Assembly: GCA_951406725.2 (NCBI GenBank) | Contig: OX597821.1 | Location: forward strand, 51,336,001 to 51,400,000 | Direction of reading: 5' to 3' | Length of the DNA stretch: 64,000 nt | Source: Octopus vulgaris | Taxonomy: Eukaryota | Shown: positions 56,917 to 64,000 of the stretch, piece after piece | Layout: every line of letters starts with the position of its first letter | How positions within the stretch are numbered: the stretch's first letter is position 1 | Notes under the pieces: generated by a model | Database searches by the model: none | Seen by the model: the letters and a program-made list of their open reading frames with translations, nothing else | Told to the model about the DNA's origin: nothing | Position numbers and translations under genes: made by a program

Positions 56917-57660
56917 CTGCATGTGTGGGATAAACATTCAGTTTCGCTAAACCAAATAATCTGCATGTCTTGAAAGCTCCGTCGTTCGTTTGTTATAATT
57001 ATCTTTTGAACATACATTTACACACCCATACACACAAGCACTCACACGCACGCGCGCACACTTACATATATACACTCATACACATAGACATACTGACTGA
57101 GAAACATACACGTATCGATAGATATGTATGAGCATATATTTGCCATAGACGCCAATAAAACAGCATGGTAGCATATAAATCGAAACATATATTCTCGGGA
57201 ACATTTAACCAGTGATTGTTATCGATATACGGAATTAGATATATTGATATGATTTATGATAATTTGTACAAAATGGCGTCAGTCAGATATACAACTCATA
57301 CAAATTCATTGGTATTCTGAGATATTGTTTTCATTCCTTTAAATCTTAAATATTTTCGGCCTGATAAAGATGGATAGGCAAATGTTGCCACACTTATTAA
57401 CAGCGAGATAGAGGTAATATATTAAAATATCGTTTCGAAAAATATTATTTGTATGTGTGTAATTCTATGTGTGTATACATGTGTGTTTCTACGAACCATT
57501 CCACATCACAGTACATACAAGCACATTCAAACACGCCCACTAATATGTATGTATGTGTTTGTGTGTATATACATATATGTAAACATGTGTGAGTTCTGCG
57601 GGAACTGGGAAATGCTGGCGCGTGAAGGTTTTGTAAATAGAATTATATGCTTTTACATAT

Positions 57661-57878
57661 AATGGTTTCAAATTTTGGCACAAGGCCAGCATGTTTAGAG
57701 GAAGTTTGAAGTCGACTACATCAACCCCAGTGCTCAGCTGGTACTTATTTTATTGACTCCGAAAGGATGAAAGGCAAAGTCGACCTTGTGGGAATTTGAA
57801 CTCAGAAAATAAAGATGGATAAAGTGACGCTAAAAATTTGGCCCAGCGTGCTAACGATTCTGCCAGCTCGCCGCCTTA
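57661..57878 (-). mobile_element. SINE family A, full length
   Basis: ggtttcaaattttggcacaaggccagc..gaaaggatgaaaggcaaagtcgacc..gctaacgattctgccagctcgccgcctt. Confidence 0.92.
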
Positions 57879-58630
57879 ATTTTAGGGGTATAATGATTAT
57901 AAAAATAAATTAATATTAGGGTATATAACTACCCACCCCCATAATGGACCTGCGTGGAAGTAGATTCTCACGCGTACTAATTAACATAACTTACATTTTG
58001 ATTATGTCTGGTTTATATGCCCTAATATGAAAAAAAAATTAAAATCTACAAAAATTTATATGAATAAAATTGATGAAATTACGCGATGGAGTTGCGATAA
58101 TAATAAAAAAAATCACAAATAAACATACATACATTCATACATACAGTCACATGGCGTAGTATCTTAGGCTTAGAGGTACGTAGAAATAGAACTCAATATT
58201 CAAAAACATCTACATTTATAATTAACTATACATTGGCATAATTGACTAAAAAACCAGGTGTTTTACGCGTTGAAATTACAAAGCTTTAAAGGTTTAGTGC
58301 ATGAAAAGTTCAGCGTCTAAAACACAAATATAGGGCTACACACACGCACACATACATGCACAGGGGATACAGAGAGAGAGAGAGAGAATGTGTGTGTCTG
58401 TGTGTTACAGAAGAGAACTATGACGTTCCTGTACTCTTTTACCCTTTCCTTCCTTTTTCTTTCCTTTTTCCTTTCTGTTTCCTCCTTTTTTCTTTCCTTT
58501 TCTCCTCTTTGGGTTATATAAATCAAAGAACGAACGCGCTAATAATAATGAAGTAATAAAGGTTTTTTTTTTTTCCAAAATTCTGACGACTTTTTTTCTC
58601 AATATTCAATTCTGTACATCACACCTAATG

Positions 58631-58659
58631 CTCTCTTTCTCTCTCTCTCTTTCTCTCTT

Positions 58660-58738
<79 letters not shown>
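58631..58738. repeat. (CT)n then (TA)n microsatellite
   Basis: Direct reading. Confidence 0.95.
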
Positions 58739-58741
<3 letters not shown>

Positions 58742-59289
58742 TGTGTGTTCGTTCAATTGGCTTACTGTCTACATTTGCTTATGGCAGAAACAGCTCTTAA
58801 CTCATAAAGGGGAATACGTACTCCTGTTTCTTTTTTTTTTTATCAATCATTTGTATGTGTGTGTGTGTGAGAGAGTTTGTGTATGTGTGTGAGTATGTGC
58901 ATGCATGTGTGTGTTTGTGTGTGTGTGTGTGTGCGCGCGCGCTAGTGTATTTATATAACTTATAACAACTGTTACTGAAGGGATACCACATGTTTTCGAC
59001 TAGAAATACAATTTATGCAGCTGAAGGCACATGGAAGGTGAAACGTAGGTAGGAGCAGTTGTGTTTCTCTGTTCTTTTGTATGAATACGTTCGTTGCTGG
59101 ATTGCTATATGGATGAAGTCATTAATTCCATTGAACACTAGAGGAAGAGGATAATAACTCTGAGCATTTTCTATTTCTATTATCTTTCTCTTGTTTAATA
59201 TGTTTTTGCAGTTAGAGATTCATTAGGTTTGACTGGCAAAATACCATACAATATACAAATGCTCTCTCTATATTATATATATAATTTTA

Positions 59290-59505
59290 AGAAAAACGAA
59301 GAAAAACTACAATATACAAGAAAAAAAACAACAACGCGAGTACGTGGTACATGCAAAATATTAAAAGATGCCCAGAGAAGGAAAGAGAGGTCGTTTAACG
59401 TTTCAAGCAAAGCTCTTCTTCAGAAACAAGAGACAGAGGAATGTCAAAGAGAAAAGGAAGACGGAGTAAAAAACTTGCCAACAATCCACGTGCTGTTACA
59501 TTATA
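59290..59505 (-). mobile_element. Solo PLE terminal-repeat-like fragment hosting the 59391 HHR
   Basis: Strongly purine-biased segment between short TA runs and containing the HHR; boundaries approximate. Confidence 0.5.
59391..59429 (-). ncRNA. Minimal type I hammerhead ribozyme
   Basis: uuguuu CUGAAGA a gagc-uuu-gcuu GAAAC GUU aaacga; all core positions canonical. Confidence 0.8.
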
Positions 59506-60178
59506 TACCTGCGTGTGTATGTGTGCGTGTATGTATGTATGTACATAAATATAATGAGAGAGAGAGAGTGGGGAGTGATAAATAAGTAGATAGATAAGTG
59601 CACAGAAACACAACCATTTATATAATTTGTTTTGTAAAATACCTTTAACTTTATTTAAAAGTCTGAATTATTTTTCTTCCTGCTTGATTAATATTGACAT
59701 CCACTCCTTATCACCGCGAATAGATAAATTAATTGAGAAAGCGAGGAAGTCTGCGTACTGTAAAATGCTGTATTACACGATTGCAACTTAGGATTCTTTG
59801 TTTACCAAATTTTCTCATATTCTTCTAAGTAAAGTTTTCTTAGGAACTGTTTTATGGATTGAAACGTAGAGTTAATACAAAACAATCCGGTGTGCGGCTA
59901 ATTACATTACTCACATTTCTTCATAGCATAACTGACAGAGCACCTAAAGAAAATTAAATTAATAGTATTTCCAGTATGCTATGACAGGCGAAAAAAAAAA
60001 TATATACATGTGCATGCGTGTGCGTGTGCATGTGTGCGCGCGTGTGTGAAGTAGGTATAGCTCTGTGGTTAAGAATTCCGTTCTTTTACACGTGTTTTCG
60101 GGTTCAGCCTCACTGTACGCAGCTAGCTATCTATACATCTATCTATTATTCCTTATTATGCTATTTCACTCTTATTTG

Positions 60179-60209
<31 letters not shown>

Positions 60210-60251
60210 CGTGCGCGCGCGCATCTATGTACATATATGCATACATACACT

Positions 60252-60290
<39 letters not shown>

Positions 60291-61570
60291 ATAATATAGT
60301 AGTTTACTGTTGATTGTGTTGCGTTTATATTTTCAGAATTTTTGTTTATTACACCTGTTTATTAAAATTAAGGTTCGGGCCCAGTCGTTGAGAATTCTTG
60401 CTTAGTCCCATGAGGGTTGGCTTAGTTGTACACCACCACAAAATCACCAAAGCCATTTACACATAACTAAATACAGAACTTTTCAATTTTATTCTTATAA
60501 TAGCTTTTAACATTTACGTATTTTCCCACATAACTCAAAATTACATGTTATCAGGTTGTTCGGTCTTAGTCACATATAATCAGTGAATATTGCTTATAAT
60601 GCAGCTGAACATAAACGTGAAGTTGTGACAAATATCATAAATATTTTGGTCATATTTCTGAATAATTCACTATCCCCCCACAAAAAAAAAACAAGAATTC
60701 ATTGATTTTAATTCGTTTTAACATATGGAGCATTTCTATTCGTTTAGAATCTTGAAAAATTTAGTTTCCATAATTGAATGGGGATTTAAAGTACGTTGGA
60801 GCATATTTAATGATATTCAACAGTAACTACAACAACAACAACAATAATATAACCTGATCTTTGGGATCAAATAAATACGAATTATTCTCTGCAGGTGTTG
60901 ATTAGGTAACTGGATGCATAGAAATGTTTTTTCTTTTAATAGAGCTTAAAGCCTCAATTGCTGAAAAACTGTTATATTACACCTAATCATCAATTAAGAC
61001 CTTATTAAAAGGAATTTGGACCAACATCAGTTAGCTTCGGGTGCTAATGCTCTTGAAAAAAAAATGGTATAAAAAAAACAATCAGAATTCCATTTCTCTG
61101 GAAAATATAATTTGGTCAGATTAAAAAAAAACAAAACAATGTTAATGTTATTTGAAATGGAATTTAAATCGTTAAAAGAATACAATTAAATGACAAAAGA
61201 AATATTGATTGATACATTTATTTCTGAGTATGTTTTCTTTATATTTGAGTGTATGTAATTCTGAGTTCGGTACCATTTCAAGATAACTCGTACATGTGTC
61301 TGGTAGTATAGATTCAGGTTGGCTCAAAACTTTGTGAGCGAAATAAAGAAACTACTAAGAGATTACGCTGCTTTCTGAATGAGAATGACAATACATAACT
61401 TTAATTAGAATAATTATTATTATAATTTTTTCTTACATATTTGTATTGTCTTTTGAAACGTTCGCATGTATTAAATCCAATTTTGATTTTAACATCGTTT
61501 CTCCATTTTTATACTTATTTTTGGTATCTTTATACCTATAACGAACTTTTTCAATATGTATATATGTGTG

Positions 61571-61626
<56 letters not shown>

Positions 61627-61629
61627 CAA

Positions 61630-61958
61630 ATATAAGAGGGATGGCCACTAAGTAATAATTCTACCAATTACATTTGGAGTAGAACTTTATACATGCTCAA
61701 TCTCATGCGGACGTCTCGTGTATAGTTCTGAAAATCATATTTTGCTATGACGATCACACTGATGAGTGATTACGTAAGTGGTAGCAACGAAACTGGTCTG
61801 TGATTAATCTGTATATTTTCTATATTTTCATTTGTCTTGCTCGCCGACGTTCTGACGTTTGCTAAATTTTCTTGAGAATATTCCTTTCTTAGTGGTAAGA
61901 CCATAGGGTGGCTACTTCTAGTCTATAGATATCCACTTAGTGGTCATCCCTCTTATAT
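61630..61958 (+). mobile_element. ~330-bp element with 24-bp inverted ends and a central hammerhead
   Basis: atataagagggatggccactaagt (61630-61653) versus acttagtggtcatccctcttatat (61935-61958), one mismatch; adjacent to (TA)n. Confidence 0.8.
61752..61805 (+). ncRNA. Type I hammerhead ribozyme
   Basis: gaucaca CUGAUGA gugauuac-guaagug-guagcaac GAAAC UG GUC ugugauu; predicted cleavage after C61798. Confidence 0.8.
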
Positions 61959-62197
61959 GTATGTAATACAATTTTTCTGAATCTTCAGACTTTTCTATAT
62001 GCTAGATCACTGGTTTTAAATTGATATTAATCAAATTAATATTCAATTTTTCACCATTATTATTTTAAATATATATATATATATATAAAGAGCAAATATT
62101 CAGAAATGAGTACTTAAATACCGTGTCATTATTGGTGGTTTAAATGAGGGTCATAACTGTTACCTCTAGCAATCAGACGCATGTGTATGCCCTTATG

Positions 62198-62241
<44 letters not shown>

Positions 62242-62246
<5 letters not shown>

Positions 62247-62604
62247 TATAAACGGCAAAATGTCTGCCTCTGTGTGTGTGTATCTTTTATATAAATCCAC
62301 AATTTTTCAGTTAGAGGGTTCGTACTTTCTATGGTCATTTAAAACCGTCCAAGGATGGTCGTGCACATCTTTACATTTCCCCAGTGACCCCGCAAAGCCA
62401 TTAGAAATCAATAGAAGTGACTTTCTTGTGAATTTTCTATCCAAAACCCAATCAAAATGCCCGAAACTTGATACGCCAATTGAATGCCAGCTAACTGTAT
62501 GTGATTGGTGGGAGATTTGGACAGTACTCGCGTGTATGTGCGCACGCAGCTGTATATGCATGCACTAGCACTATGACCCGGCAACGCCGGGTCATAGTGC
62601 TAGT
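62242..62604 (+). mobile_element. Non-autonomous Helitron-like element
   Basis: 5' tatatataaacggcaaaatgtctg followed by (TG)n; 3' GC-rich hairpin gacccggc-aac-gccgggtc ending in CTAG|T. Confidence 0.75.
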
Positions 62605-63043
62605 ACATATATATTCCTCTGTAAATTTTGGGTTTAAGATATGGATTCAGAGAATCATGTGCCTATCACAGAAAGCTTATGTAAACGACTTGGATAACAG
62701 AGCACATTATAACCCAGTGGTATTACACAAAATACCCATATTGCTGAAATCCAATATATCCGATCGATATAAATACATCATGGGGTGTGTTTATTAATCA
62801 AAAAATGTCAGGAAGTAAGAAATATGAATATATTTATTAAACAAGTTTAAATCCCTATGGGTACGCCGATTAGCAGACTCCTTCATTTAGTAACAATTCC
62901 ACTGTTTACATGTCTGTATAAGCATGCATGATATTATACAATACATTTGTAAATCCACAAATCATCGCAAATAAATGAAGCTAGTAGATCAGATTACTAG
63001 GGCATCAGGGTTACACTAACAATTGAACTCAACCTCCGGTTAG

Positions 63044-63075
<32 letters not shown>

Positions 63076-63095
63076 CACACACATACATATATATG

Positions 63096-63153
<58 letters not shown>

Positions 63154-63918
63154 TGCACGTAGACATACACACTCACACAGACGCGCATATATATTAATGC
63201 GGCTCTGTGTATCTTAAATAGGATTGTATAGGAACAATCCTGTTGAAATTCGTAATGCATTTGACTATACAGTCACTCGATCAGAACTTAGCCTACAGTA
63301 AACAGCGAGACAATAACAGCAGCAGCAACAGCAGCAGCAACAACAAATGTAGCCTGTAGCTTGAAGCATCAAAGCGGGAATTAATTTGTGTTTGGATTTG
63401 TTTTACTGGTAAAACGACTCTAATAGCTGTCCCTGCATAATGTTTATTTGTAAACTACTTTAAAATAGCTTCACTGAGCAGGAATCTTGTCAAAATCATT
63501 GTGATTATGACCAGCCCGTCGGTTTGTGTATCTTGAACAGGTTTGTCAATTTTCAGATTCAGTGAGGCATAGAACAGACGATTCTCCGCCACTATACCCT
63601 CTGAATTCATATACTAATCAGTCAAATTTCCTTTACAAAATTTTTGCAATTCATATAATACCACGCACCGTTTCTTAAACTTTCCTCCCTTTCTTCCTCC
63701 TCTCTCTCTTTGCAGCTAACTGTCTCTCTGTTATACTGTCTGTTTGCCTGAGGAAACTGTTTTAGTAAGACCAGGGGGTATTTCACTCTACTATGTCTGA
63801 AAATGTGCAAGACATGTCATATACCATGACGTTAAAAAAATAAAGTTGGAAAAAATCATAAGAGTATATTTTAGAGAATGGTTTTGATGTTTTTGTTACA
63901 GTGAAAGATTTAAAATAT

Positions 63919-63947
63919 AACCGGTTTCGATGTATCCATCTCTTTAC
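63919..63947 (-). ncRNA. Hammerhead remnant cut off at the core by a SINE tail
   Basis: ..AAGA gaug-gaua-cauc GAAAC CG GUU; the 5' core and helix I strand are replaced by the SINE B tail. Confidence 0.5.
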
Positions 63948-64000
63948 TCTTTTCTCTTTTACTCTTTTACTTGTTTCAATCATGGGACTGTGGCCATGCT
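63941..64000 (-). mobile_element. SINE family B 3' tail, running off the window
   Basis: ctcttttactcttttacttgtttca..actgtggccatgct is the reverse complement of the B tail. Confidence 0.85.

Overview
AT-rich, repeat-dense eukaryotic non-coding DNA (intergenic or a large intron). The SINE families and microsatellite load suggest a coleoid cephalopod such as Octopus; this is inference and unverified. I cannot support any intact host protein-coding gene. Most ORFs in the track are (TA)n/(CA)n/(TATC)n/trinucleotide artefacts, and the rest are transposon debris or unsupported. Recognisable content: a degraded DD37D (maT-type) Tc1/mariner transposon, a mariner C-terminal fragment, a 5'-truncated R4/Dong LINE ending in (AAT)n, four Penelope-like (PLE) RT/GIY-YIG remnants, a non-autonomous Helitron-like element, and about 30 copies or fragments of three tRNA-headed SINE families. 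The main hidden signal is a set of type I hammerhead ribozyme (HHR) motifs in small non-coding elements, many beside (TA)n tracts and several with terminal inverted repeats. Four look intact or nearly so (15130-15168, 45786-45831, 59391-59429, 61752-61805) and several more are decayed. Their catalytic 3-8 base pair occurs as C-G, U-A and G-C. One element (45698-46277) is a fold-back with an HHR in each arm, a 33-nt one-sided tail and a 14-bp target-site duplication. All folds were paired by eye, SINE and repeat boundaries are approximate, and no database searches were run.
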